Assembly (NCBI GenBank): GCA_965219955.1
Contig: OZ244799.1
Span: forward strand, 3,776,001 to 3,840,000
DNA from: a bacterium
GTDB taxonomy: Bacteria > UBA8248
DNA: 64,000 nucleotides
Direction of reading: 5' to 3'
Each line of letters starts with the position of its first letter. Position 1 is the first letter of the stretch. Positions 50,214 through 59,255 of the stretch are shown here, piece by piece. The translations under genes were made by a program, and so were the position numbers. Below the pieces are notes generated by a model that was not told the origin of the DNA, searched no databases, and saw nothing but the letters and a program-made list of their open reading frames with translations.

Positions 50214-51332
50214 ATGGATATCGACGAAGCAGTCTCGCTTACCCAGGACCGTCTTGCCGAGGAAGGCGGCGCCATGGGAGATTTGCTGGCGCGCTTTCGG
50301 GGCAGGATTTCGCCGGCTCTGATCGGAAAGCGGGAGTGGGAGCGCATACTGGAACTCGCGAGCCGACTTCCCGTCACCATGGGCGCCCAGCCGTTCGGTT
50401 TCGAGCTGCCTCTGCATGACGCTCGGCCGGTGGCGGATTTCGGTGTCTCGCTGGCGAGCGGAAACCGATCGGGCGATTTTTTCGAAGAGCGCGCGCGGAC
50501 CGACGAGGCGGACGAGACCGCGAGGGCGGTCAGGCGGCTGTTCCGGGAAATGGAAGCTCCGAACTCGCCCCTGCGGGAGATTGTGGGACGCAAATTGATG
50601 CTGGAGTATGACATCGATTCCGCGCCGGGCGGTACAGATTCGCTGCCGGGCATCTTCCTGCGGCCCGGTGAGCGCACGTTATACGGTGGCGCAGGCCTCC
50701 AGAATGACGTCGGAATCGTGGTGGACGCCCTCGTTTCCGCCGTCGGCTGGGAGAAGGTAGCTGCTGAACGGGAGAACGTCGAACGGGTTTACCTGGCGCA
50801 GCCCGAAGACACGCGCCTGGATTCGTTCGGGGTATTCCCGTCCCGGGAACGCACAATCCGCCTGGCGATCATGGGCTTCAAATCGCAGGGGGAAGTTTGC
50901 CGCTATCTTGAAGACACGGGTTGGCCGGGTCATATACCGGCCGTCGATTCCGTGATTTCACGCTTCAGGGAACGCGCGGATATCGTCAGAACCGGATTGA
51001 ATATCGACGCCCGCGAAGCGGGTGTCGGTCCGACGCTCGGGCTGACGCTCATCGTCAAGCAGAGATATACGAAAGATTCACGTTACTGGCTCGACGGCCT
51101 GACCGATTGGGACCCGTTTCTGGAAGCCTTGCGCCATGAGGACCTTGTCGTTCCGGAGAAGGTTGAGGCGCTTGCCGGCTGGGTTTCGAAACCGACGACG
51201 CTTTTCGCCAAAACCGGGCCATTTTTACTGCTGCGGGGCATTCACCACATCAAGCTGGTCATATCCGGAGATCAGCTCGGGCAAGCCAAAGCCTATGTGT
51301 TCATGGTGCTTTCCGGAGCGGTCTCGATTTGA
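50214..51332 (+). CDS. hypothetical protein of the RiPP cluster (possible prenyltransferase-like fold)
   Basis: 372 aa, closely follows YcaO; MLEYD and HHIKLV...AKAYV motifs; function is inference. Confidence 0.7.
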   Translation: MDIDEAVSLTQDRLAEEGGAMGDLLARFRGRISPALIGKREWERILELASRLPVTMGAQPFGFELPLHDARPVADFGVSLASGNRSGDFFEERARTDEADETARAVRRLFREMEAPNSPLREIVGRKLMLEYDIDSAPGGTDSLPGIFLRPGERTLYGGAGLQNDVGIVVDALVSAVGWEKVAAERENVERVYLAQPEDTRLDSFGVFPSRERTIRLAIMGFKSQGEVCRYLEDTGWPGHIPAVDSVISRFRERADIVRTGLNIDAREAGVGPTLGLTLIVKQRYTKDSRYWLDGLTDWDPFLEALRHEDLVVPEKVEALAGWVSKPTTLFAKTGPFLLLRGIHHIKLVISGDQLGQAKAYVFMVLSGAVSI

Positions 51333-51345
51333 GAGCAAAATAAAG

Positions 51346-51385
51346 CAAAAATCCTCCCGCCGAAGTCGATCGAGAGGATTCTTGC
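51346..51385. terminator. probable terminator between convergent genes
   Basis: GCAAAAATCCTC...GAGGATTCTTGC inverted repeat. Confidence 0.5.
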
Positions 51386-51437
51386 CTTTTGAGTCTCGCG
51401 GATTTGAGGCGTCCGCGTGTCAACGGGTGTTTCCGGT

Positions 51438-51689
51438 CTACCAGCAGCAGCAAAGACCCGCCGAGACGGCTTCGAGTTGCTCCTCGGTGATGTTCGGATC
51501 CGGCGGCAACGCGAGATGCACCGTCTGCATGTCGCTCTCATGGACCACGACATTCATCGAATCGGGTATCGTAATGCCCAATTCCTCACAGATGGTCGCC
51601 TTCGGGTCTGCGAGCAACTGTTGCCTGAAATCTGCGTCCAGGGCGGACTTGTCAACAATCTGCTTCAACATTTCGTCGCCACTTTTCAT
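51438..51689 (-). CDS. srpE: NHLP-leader RiPP precursor, core LCCCW after double-glycine-type site (SrpE-like)
   Basis: DADFRQQLLADPK...HLALPP...ITEEQLEAVSAG|LCCCW; AGGAGG RBS; gene name from memory. Confidence 0.92.
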   Translation of the reverse strand: MKSGDEMLKQIVDKSALDADFRQQLLADPKATICEELGITIPDSMNVVVHESDMQTVHLALPPDPNITEEQLEAVSAGLCCCW

Positions 51690-51752
51690 GGCTAACCTCC
51701 TTCTCCTTTGAATGATTAGAAGAACAACACCACCTCTTATGTAACAAAACCG

Positions 51753-51782
51753 ATCTTATTCTTCGTTATTTCGCAATGTCAA
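51753..51782 (-). promoter_or_regulatory. putative sigma70 promoter of the precursor gene
   Basis: minus strand TTGACA-18 nt-TAAGAT with upstream A-tract. Confidence 0.55.
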
Positions 51783-51862
51783 TTTTTTTTGTCGGTATGT
51801 AGGTTATTTTTTTGATAAAAAATGCGATATTTCGTGAATCCGGGGGTATGGGAACTGCCGTC

Positions 51863-51909
51863 AAATCCGTTGTGCAGGCAACTGCTCATGGGGTTCGAAT
51901 CCCTCCCTC
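51863..51909 (+). repeat. degenerate tRNA-Ser 3' fragment (att-like)
   Basis: AAATCCGTTGTGCAGGCAACTGCTCATGGGGTTCGAATCCCTCCCTC vs tRNA 36346-36392. Confidence 0.8.
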
Positions 51910-51913
51910 CTCG

Positions 51914-52236
51914 GGGTTGTCGAAAAAGTCATCCCTGGTCGGAACTGACCACCGCCGTCATTCCGGCGAAAGCCGGAATCCATTTTGATTTTTCACCGGC
52001 AGGACGGCCACGACCTTGTTGTCGCGCGACGTCCGGATGCGGAATCGAGAGAATTCGCTTTTCGTTTTTGTGTTCGGTTCTGTTCCTCCCCGCCCGGGAG
52101 CAAAGACGTCCGAACGAGGAGGAGAAAAGGCAAAGGCGAAAATGGATTCCGGCTTTCGCCGGAATGACGGCCAAAACCGAAAACCGGGCGCAGGCGCAGG
52201 TGCTACTCCCTCCTCGATGGGGTTTTTCAACAACCC
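51914..52236 (-). mobile_element. ~323-bp MITE-like element, copy 2
   Basis: reverse-complement homologue of 9631-9954; ends GGGTTGTCGAAAAA / TTTTTCAACAACCC. Confidence 0.85.
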
Positions 52237-52580
52237 CTTGTCAGGGGGGTAAAGGCCATGTCCCCGATGAGGGGGGGATTCCGAGCATCGAATTGTTCAT
52301 CGTAGGGACAGGCCTCCGTGCCTGTCCTGACGAAGGACAACCACGGAGGGCAGGACAGGCACGGAGGCCTGTTCCTACAAAACCATCATACCCCCAGTGT
52401 TTCAGGGGTTTTTTTGTTTTTGGCCCCCTGTTAAGGGGGTAGGGGGCAAGGCGAGGAGGGCGAGCCGAACGCGCTTTTGGCCGTTACTCCGGTGTCGGAA
52501 CCGACCAATGCGGCAGGGTTCGCCGGAATGACGATCAAAACCGCATTCGCCCCCAAGGGCGGTTCGCGAGCCGCCCCTGC
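52237..52580. repeat. palindromic repeat block (GTAG REP pair, CCCTTGTCAGGGG halves, TCCGGTGTCGG variant)
   Basis: GTAGGGACAGGCCTCCGTGCCTGTCC / GGACAGGCACGGAGGCCTGTTCCTAC and related units. Confidence 0.7.
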
Positions 52581-52663
52581 AAGCGTGAGCGTCTCGAACG
52601 GAACGTCTCCCGGGAACAGGGGTTCCGTTTACAACGCCCGGCGGGGCCGCTATGTTATCGCCC

Positions 52664-53668
52664 ATGAAACTCGCCACCGCGATCACCCGTCTGCTGAACA
52701 TCGACCACCCGATCCTGCTCGCCCCGATGGGCGGCGTCGCCGGCGGCGCGCTGGCTCGCGAGGTCTCCGCCGGCGGGGGGCTGGGCCTCATCGGCGCAGG
52801 CTATGCCGACCCCGCGTTCGGCTACGGCTCGGATGGGTGGATTCGCGGGGAGTTCGACAAGGCGGGCGACCACGCGGTCGGGATCGGCTTCATCACCTGG
52901 GCGCTGGCTGAGCGGCCCGGCGCGCTCGACGCAGCACTTGAATGCAAGCCGCGGGCCGTCATGCTCTCCTTCGGCGATATCGAACCCTACGCCGCGAAGA
53001 TCCGGGAGACCGGCGCGACGCTGATCTGCCAGGTGCAGACCCTGAAAGACGCCCGGGAGGCGGCGGCGAAGGGCGCCCAGATCGTCATCGCCCAGGGCAC
53101 GGAGGCCGGGGGCCACGGGGCCGACCGCTCCACGCTGCCGCTCGTTCCGGCGGTCGTCGATGCAGTGGCGCCGGTCCCGGTAGCCGCCGCAGGCGGCATC
53201 AGTGATGGGCGCGGCCTGGCCGCTGCCCTGATGCTGGGCGCCGAGGCCGTCCTCATAGGCACCCGTTTCTTCGCCACGCGGGAGGCGCTGGGCCACCCGA
53301 ACCAGAAGGCGCTGATCGAGCGAACCGGCGGCGACCGCACGCTGCGCACCAAGGCGTTCGACACGGCACGGGGCATCGCCTGGCCGGAGCCCTACACCGG
53401 GCGCGCCATCCGCAACGCATTCGCCGAAACCTGGCATGACCGCGACGACGAACTGCGGGAGCGGAACCCCTCCATGCGGGAGCGCTTCTTCGAGGCCCTG
53501 CGCAAGGGGGATACGGAGATGGCGGTTACCTTCGCCGGCGAGGGGCTGGACCTGATAGCCGACAGCCCGGGCGCCGCTGAACTGGTTGCGCGGATCGTCC
53601 GCGAGGCGGTCGACGCGCTCTCCGGGGCGGCGAGCCGTTATCTCGGCCAGGGGCCGGGAGAAGGCTGA
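52664..53668 (+). CDS. nitronate monooxygenase / 2-nitropropane dioxygenase family flavoprotein
   Basis: PILLAPMGG, AQGTEAGGH, AAGGISDGRG, GTRFFATRE. Confidence 0.9.
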   Translation: MKLATAITRLLNIDHPILLAPMGGVAGGALAREVSAGGGLGLIGAGYADPAFGYGSDGWIRGEFDKAGDHAVGIGFITWALAERPGALDAALECKPRAVMLSFGDIEPYAAKIRETGATLICQVQTLKDAREAAAKGAQIVIAQGTEAGGHGADRSTLPLVPAVVDAVAPVPVAAAGGISDGRGLAAALMLGAEAVLIGTRFFATREALGHPNQKALIERTGGDRTLRTKAFDTARGIAWPEPYTGRAIRNAFAETWHDRDDELRERNPSMRERFFEALRKGDTEMAVTFAGEGLDLIADSPGAAELVARIVREAVDALSGAASRYLGQGPGEG

Positions 53669-53739
53669 TGGGCGGACTCCAGGCCGCCGTTCCCCAATCA
53701 TACCGGTATTGCCGACCGACGAGAGAGAAGAACCACTTC

Positions 53740-54830
53740 CCCCTTGTCGGGGTTGTTGAAAAACCCCTCGCCGGGGGTGGGTGGTATTGGGGGTTACGCG
53801 GCAATACTCCTTCCTGCCGCGCAGGCGGCTATAAAACCTCATCCTGAGTAGGCGCGCAAGCGCCGTATCGAAGGATGGGAGGCGTCTTCCGGCGTGGCGA
53901 GAGCAAACGCTCATTCATCAATCGCGTTTGACCTTCGATACGCGGCTCCGCCGCTACTCAGGATGAGGCGGAGCGCCAGGCTGCGCGGAACGGGGAGGGA
54001 AGGTTCACGGCCGAACCCGGCCCCCGCTCGCCTCTTCGCCTTGAAAACCAACCCCCCCTACCCCCCCTTGTCAGGGGGGCAAGAAAAAGCAAAACCCCCT
54101 CAGCCCGGCGAAGGCACATCGCCTTTTCATACCCCCCTGAAAAGGGCCTGTTGAAAAAGTCCACAGAAGCAGGGAATAGGTTTCCCGTAGGGGCCGTTCG
54201 CGAACGGCCCTTGCCGGAGAAACGGGCGCTTCACGAAGCGCCCCTGCGACATCCTTCCGGAGAGACCACAACACCCGTCATTCCGGCGAAAGCCGGAATC
54301 CATTTTCGCCTTTGTCTTTGGCTTTTCGCCCGGACGCTCTCTCTCCCGACCGAGGAAGATACGGACGCCGCCATATATATCCGCCTCATCCGTTCCGGAT
54401 TCGGGCGTGGCGCTCCCTCCCGCGAATCGGAGCCAAATGCGAAAACGAAAGCAAAAATCATAAAATGGATTCCGGCTTTCGCCGGAATGACGAGCAAAAT
54501 TCCAAGCCGGGAAATCGCTCTCTTCCCGGTCGCAACAATTCCTCCCGCATCTGGTTTTTTCAACGACCCCGAAACGGGGGGGGATAGGGGGGGGGTACCC
54601 CACGTGAAAAAGTCCTGATTTCGTAATTCGGTGCATGGAGCCGACTGGGAAGGAGCCTGTAGGGACAGGCCTCCGTGCCTGTCCCTGCGAAACGCAACCA
54701 CGGATGGACATATTCGATACGGGCGGCCACGGAGGGCCGCCCCTACGGGTGAATGCGGTTTTGTTCGTCATTCCGGCGAATGCCGATTGAAAAATTCATA
54801 CCCTGATATCAGGGAACTTTTCAGGCAGCC
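53740..54830. repeat. ~1.1-kb mosaic of all local palindromic repeat families, including a TIR-bounded unit 54144-54570
   Basis: GGGTTGTTGAAAAA ends; CCTCATCCTGAGTAG, CCCTTGTCAGGGG, GTCATTCCGGCGAAAGCCGGAATCC and GTAG palindromes. Confidence 0.75.
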
Positions 54831-54888
54831 CCTCTGGTTTTTAACTGGTAGTTCCCTGAAGCCCCGGAGGGTTCACTCAGGACGTATC

Positions 54889-55923
54889 TCAGTTCGGATT
54901 TGCCGCGTTGCCGCCACCGGGGGGCTTGAGCGTTGCGGGCGTAAGCGCATCGAAGATGCCCGTAAAGCGTCCGGTCGAGCCGTCTTCTTCGGCGAAGTGA
55001 ACATCGCTCGAGCCGACCACGCGGCGGGGGTTGCCGTCGGCGTCCGGCACGTTCGAGAACTGGCCGCGCCACGTCCCGGCGGCTTGCGTGATTTCGCGTT
55101 CGGGATGCGTGACGGTGATCCCGGTATCCTCGAATGCGCCCCTGGCGTCGAAGGATGCGGAAAAGTGCAGGTCGTAGTCGGCCGGCGACGCCGTGGGGTC
55201 GGGATCCCGCCAGGACAAGATCGGATAGAGGTGGCGGCCGGGCGAGATCTCGATCGGCCCGAGACACCCCAGGCAACCGGTGAGGCGCTTGCTGCCGAAG
55301 TCGGCGATCAGCGCGATAGGCCCCGCGAATTCAGTGTGCTCCGAAGAACCGGCCAACTCGCCCCAGTCGCGGCCGTAGTTGTACGTGTATACGCCGCCCG
55401 CGCCACCGGCGTAGGTGGCCGTACCGGTCAGGGGGAGGTCGGGCGGTCTGGCGGGGTCGAGTTCCGGGCCGTCGAGAAAGACGCCGCGCGTGGCGGAATC
55501 GATTTCCCAATGGGGTACGCCGGGTTGATAGACGAGCCACCATCCGGCGGCGAGATAGTCGGAAGGGTCGTCGTCATCCCAATCGGCGACGGCGTAGAGC
55601 AGAATCCTGCCGTCGTAGTGGTTTTCCGTGAGCAGCCATTCGCGGCTGGTATGGCCGGGTTGCAAGGGTCGAGGGAGGTAAAGCCCCCACGAAGCTTGCT
55701 TGTGCCTGACGGTATCGAGGGTGCGGGTGCGGCCGTCGTGGTAGCGCACGTCGACACTGAGGACGTTGTCGATGAAGGTCGTCCCCGTGCGAAACGGCTG
55801 GGGGGCGGGCGTAAGCGTGGGTGCCGGGATTGGAGGCGGAGCGGAGCCGCCGCCGGAACCGCCGCCGAAACAGCCAGTCGTAAGCGAAAGTAATAAGAGG
55901 GCCATCAGTGTATAGAGTCTCAT
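54889..55923 (-). CDS. lipoprotein with TbpB-like C-terminal beta-barrel signature
   Basis: MRLYTLMALLLLSLTTGC lipobox, Gly/Pro linker, PLTGTATYAG, LIADFG, terminal FTGIFDA. Confidence 0.7.
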   Translation of the reverse strand: MRLYTLMALLLLSLTTGCFGGGSGGGSAPPPIPAPTLTPAPQPFRTGTTFIDNVLSVDVRYHDGRTRTLDTVRHKQASWGLYLPRPLQPGHTSREWLLTENHYDGRILLYAVADWDDDDPSDYLAAGWWLVYQPGVPHWEIDSATRGVFLDGPELDPARPPDLPLTGTATYAGGAGGVYTYNYGRDWGELAGSSEHTEFAGPIALIADFGSKRLTGCLGCLGPIEISPGRHLYPILSWRDPDPTASPADYDLHFSASFDARGAFEDTGITVTHPEREITQAAGTWRGQFSNVPDADGNPRRVVGSSDVHFAEEDGSTGRFTGIFDALTPATLKPPGGGNAANPN

Positions 55924-56043
55924 GCAGACCCTAGTATTAAATGTGACGGGCGATGTCAAGCATTTGGCGGACGGGCGTCGCCGGTGAGAGAAAGCCATTC
56001 CCCGCTCGCACCGGCATCATCCCCGCGCCGGGCTTCGCTCTAG

Positions 56044-57778
56044 CCCGGATATTTCACCGAGGCTTTGGAACGGCCTGATTTGAAGTCGTGGACGGCTTGA
56101 TTCGGGAGGCGGCCTTCTTCGTCGGCGCGATACGATGACGCACGGCGCCCGAGCGGCGCTTTTTCGTCGATTTCGAAGGCTTTCGGGGAGTGCCGGCCGA
56201 CGCGCAGGCGCAGGTTTCCCGCTGCGGCAACCTATGTCGCTCCGATTCTACGCTCAGTCACTCTCCCCCGCCGTCGGCCAGGGCGGGTGCGTACGCAGGT
56301 TGTTCACTACCTTTTCGAAGAGCGCCGCATGGGGCCAGGCCTCGGAGATAGACAGCCGGACCTTGCGCACGCTGACCCTCACGCGGGCGCCGATCTTGAG
56401 CAGTTTCAGCCGGATCGTTGCGCACTGGGCCCTGGCGCATGTCGTGCCCGCCAGCCCCAGGCGCCGGAGTCCGTGCATCAGGACGTAGGCGAAGGAGGCG
56501 AAGTAGAGCCGCAACTGATTGGCCCTCATGGTGGCGCTGCTGGTGCGGTCGGCGAACAGGCCGAGTTGCTGTTCCTTGATGCGGTTCTCCATCTCTCCCC
56601 GGGCGCAGTAGAGTTCTTCGTAGAGGCGTCTGGCGCCGGCCCGCCGGGGGCGGAGATTGGTGACCACGAACCGCGGGTTCGCCCCCCTGGGCAGGTATTG
56701 CGCCTTGCCCACCACCCGGCGGGTTCTGGACCAGCTCTTGCGCGTTCGATAGCGGAAGTCGCGATACCGGCGCGCCGGCTCACCCGTGCGGCGACAGACG
56801 ACCTCGGCCCGGTAGAGGTCCCGGCCAATCGCCCGCACCAGCCGCGCGTTGCGCGCCATGCCGAACACGTAGCCGACGCCGTTCTCCTCGCACCAGCGCA
56901 TCAACGGCTCGCGGCAAAAACCCGAGTCGCCGCGAACCACGACCCGCGTACGCGGCCAGCGCCTGCGGACCTGCGCCACGATCCGCGCCAACTCCTCCTC
57001 GCTGCCGGCCGAGGCGTCGACGTTCGAGCGGCGCAGCCGCGCGCACAGCAGATGCGCGCCGCAGAAGACGTAGAGCGGCAGATAACAGTAGCGGCCGTAA
57101 TAGCCGTGGAAGAAGCGCCCCTCCTGGCGACCGTGCAGGGGGTCGTCCGTGGCGTCGAGGTCCAGCCATATCTCTTCGGGCGGTTCGGCGTAAGACTCCA
57201 TGAACACGTCCACCAGCAGGCGGTCCATCGCCTCGAAGTCCGCAGCGATGCGCTTGTAGCGATCCGTCGCCGCCTCGGCGCCGCCCAACTCCAGGCGGTT
57301 CAGCGTACTCGATGCGGCCAGCGGAGAGCCGCGGTCCCGAAGGCGAACCCGCCCGGCTCCCGTCAGGTCCCGCTTGCCCACCAGCAGCGCCAGCAACCTG
57401 TCGCGGCGCAAATCCTCGTGGTCGTTCAGGTCCTCGTAGCCCAGCGCCAGCGCGTACACCCGCTGCGCCGCCAGCGAGCGCACCGGGTGCTCCACGCTGC
57501 CGGGCTTGCGGCAATCACGAAAACACCGCGCCAGACGAGCCATCAGACCCAGGCGGAGATCCGTCTCGCGAAGCAGCACCCCGCCGGCGTCCGACGTGAT
57601 CCGTCCGCCGTCGAATCGGGCGATGACCTCGCGTCTTCCGTGGGGGTGAAAGTGAAGTTGTTCCGGTGTACAATGCGTATCCATGGGGCCTCTCTGTCGG
57701 ACGGGTGTAAGTTATTGAGACAACTCACATTATCCGACATTCAGAGGCCCCATGCCATTTGTCGGTGAAATATCCGGG
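56044..57778 (-). mobile_element. complete IS1380-family insertion sequence (1735 bp)
   Basis: perfect 17-bp inverted repeats CCCGGATATTTCACCGA, each flanked by CTAG (56040-56043, 57779-57782). Confidence 0.92.
56254..57684 (-). CDS. IS1380-family DDE transposase
   Basis: FDGGRITSDAG, GYEDLND, LDLDATDD, RGDSGF, YCARGEMENRIKE. Confidence 0.95.
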   Translation of the reverse strand: MDTHCTPEQLHFHPHGRREVIARFDGGRITSDAGGVLLRETDLRLGLMARLARCFRDCRKPGSVEHPVRSLAAQRVYALALGYEDLNDHEDLRRDRLLALLVGKRDLTGAGRVRLRDRGSPLAASSTLNRLELGGAEAATDRYKRIAADFEAMDRLLVDVFMESYAEPPEEIWLDLDATDDPLHGRQEGRFFHGYYGRYCYLPLYVFCGAHLLCARLRRSNVDASAGSEEELARIVAQVRRRWPRTRVVVRGDSGFCREPLMRWCEENGVGYVFGMARNARLVRAIGRDLYRAEVVCRRTGEPARRYRDFRYRTRKSWSRTRRVVGKAQYLPRGANPRFVVTNLRPRRAGARRLYEELYCARGEMENRIKEQQLGLFADRTSSATMRANQLRLYFASFAYVLMHGLRRLGLAGTTCARAQCATIRLKLLKIGARVRVSVRKVRLSISEAWPHAALFEKVVNNLRTHPPWPTAGESD

Positions 57779-58786
57779 CTAGCGCCCCTGGGTTTGCGCC
57801 GACGCTCTGAAGGGTTCGCTCAGAGCGTTGAAGATTCCGCTGATAACGGAAGCGCTGTCGTCTTCCTCCACAAACACTGCGCCGCCGAAGCCGTTGACCA
57901 GACGCGGGTTGCCGGCGCTGTCCTGTCGATTCGAGAAAGCGCCCGCCAGGTATCCGAACCGGATTTTTTCGATGGAACGCTCGGGATGCGTTACCGTTAT
58001 GCCTTCATAGGTCAGGAACGTGCCATCCGGGTTGAATTTCACGGGCGCAAAATGCACGTTATAGTCCTTGGGATGCGCCAGCAGTTCGACGGGCTCTTCC
58101 TCTATTCTGTCGAATGCGCTCGCAAGGTGTAAGCGCTGCACGGCAAGGTCGCCCACGCATCCCCAGCAGCCCTCCAGGGTCCCGGCGGCGAAATCCGCCG
58201 TGAGCGTCATGATCCCCGTAATCTCCCTGGTGGAAACCTTGCCCTGCACGCCCTCGGGCCAGTTCCCCCCGTACTTGTAGAGATACCGGCCTCCCGCCCC
58301 TCCGCTGTAGGATGCCGTACCCATAGCGGGGAGGGACGGCGGATTATTCGGGTCAATCTCCGGGCCGTCTATGTACGAGTAAATCTGGGTGTCTTCATGA
58401 TACGGGTCGATATCGGGATAGCGCTGGTTCGCGAAATGCATCCACCAGCCCGCCGCGAGATAATCACCCGGGTCTTCCTTGTTCCAGCTCACCACCGCGT
58501 AGCCCAGGAAGGTATCTCCCTCGTTCTTTTGCAGAAGCGTCCATGCGCGCCCCTCATGACCAGGCATATCCGTAGCAAAGGGGCCCGTGCTCTCCGCGTC
58601 GCGCAAGGTGCTGAGCCGCACCCTGGTGCCGTCGAACTGCGTCGTATGGATGATGAGTTCATTGTCTTCGAACGAGGTGGTGCGGTCAAAGTCAACGTGG
58701 GGTATGGGTCCGCTGCCATCGCCAAAGGCGCAGCCGCCGAGAATTATCGTTGTAAGCAAAACAGCGATTACATGCTTCATCATCAT
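57779..58786 (-). CDS. lipoprotein paralogous to 54889-55923 (TbpB-like)
   Basis: ILGGC lipobox; shares DYLAAGWW, DGPE.DP, GTA.Y.GGAGG.Y, ADF, ITVTHPER, GNPR. Confidence 0.75.
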   Translation of the reverse strand: MMMKHVIAVLLTTIILGGCAFGDGSGPIPHVDFDRTTSFEDNELIIHTTQFDGTRVRLSTLRDAESTGPFATDMPGHEGRAWTLLQKNEGDTFLGYAVVSWNKEDPGDYLAAGWWMHFANQRYPDIDPYHEDTQIYSYIDGPEIDPNNPPSLPAMGTASYSGGAGGRYLYKYGGNWPEGVQGKVSTREITGIMTLTADFAAGTLEGCWGCVGDLAVQRLHLASAFDRIEEEPVELLAHPKDYNVHFAPVKFNPDGTFLTYEGITVTHPERSIEKIRFGYLAGAFSNRQDSAGNPRLVNGFGGAVFVEEDDSASVISGIFNALSEPFRASAQTQGR

Positions 58787-59255
58787 CTCCCTTCTGTATG
58801 CGTCCGCCTACGGATTGTTTTTTGCGTCCGTAATTCACATGGCCCGCGCAGAGCTTCACCCCAAGGCCCCCGGCACAGCCCGGGATAATGAATGCCGATC
58901 GAAAAAGAAAAAAAGCGCATCATCTCGATATTTACCTTCTGGACGGGAGCTTTCCTCACTCCATCATCCATAGTCGCGCTATGGCATATGGGATGCAGGA
59001 TGTTTTCCTATACCTTTTGTGTCGCAAAAATCTGAATTTTGAAACTATAACAAAATGTTCGACGGGAAGTCATTTTTTTCTTCATGTCGGGCCGGCGGGC
59101 GTATTCGCGCCGTTTCAGCGCGCAATTCCCCGCATTTGCCGCAGGCGTTCTGAAAGAACGCTCCCGTAGGATTTCACCAGGTCGGACCCGTCGGCGCCTT
59201 CGCGTTTCCCGGAGCATTGGCCGGGCGCGCGGGGCGGATGAACGCTTCCCTCGTG

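Larger units (their letters stand above)
36346..51909. mobile_element. tRNA-Ser-anchored genomic island carrying an NHLP RiPP cluster (no integrase seen)
   Basis: 47-nt direct repeat 36346-36392 vs 51863-51909 (41/47, ungapped). Confidence 0.65.

Noticed and set aside
53740-54830. CRISPR array
   Set aside because: Repeats are of mixed families, inverted and irregularly spaced, with no constant repeat-spacer period and no cas genes.
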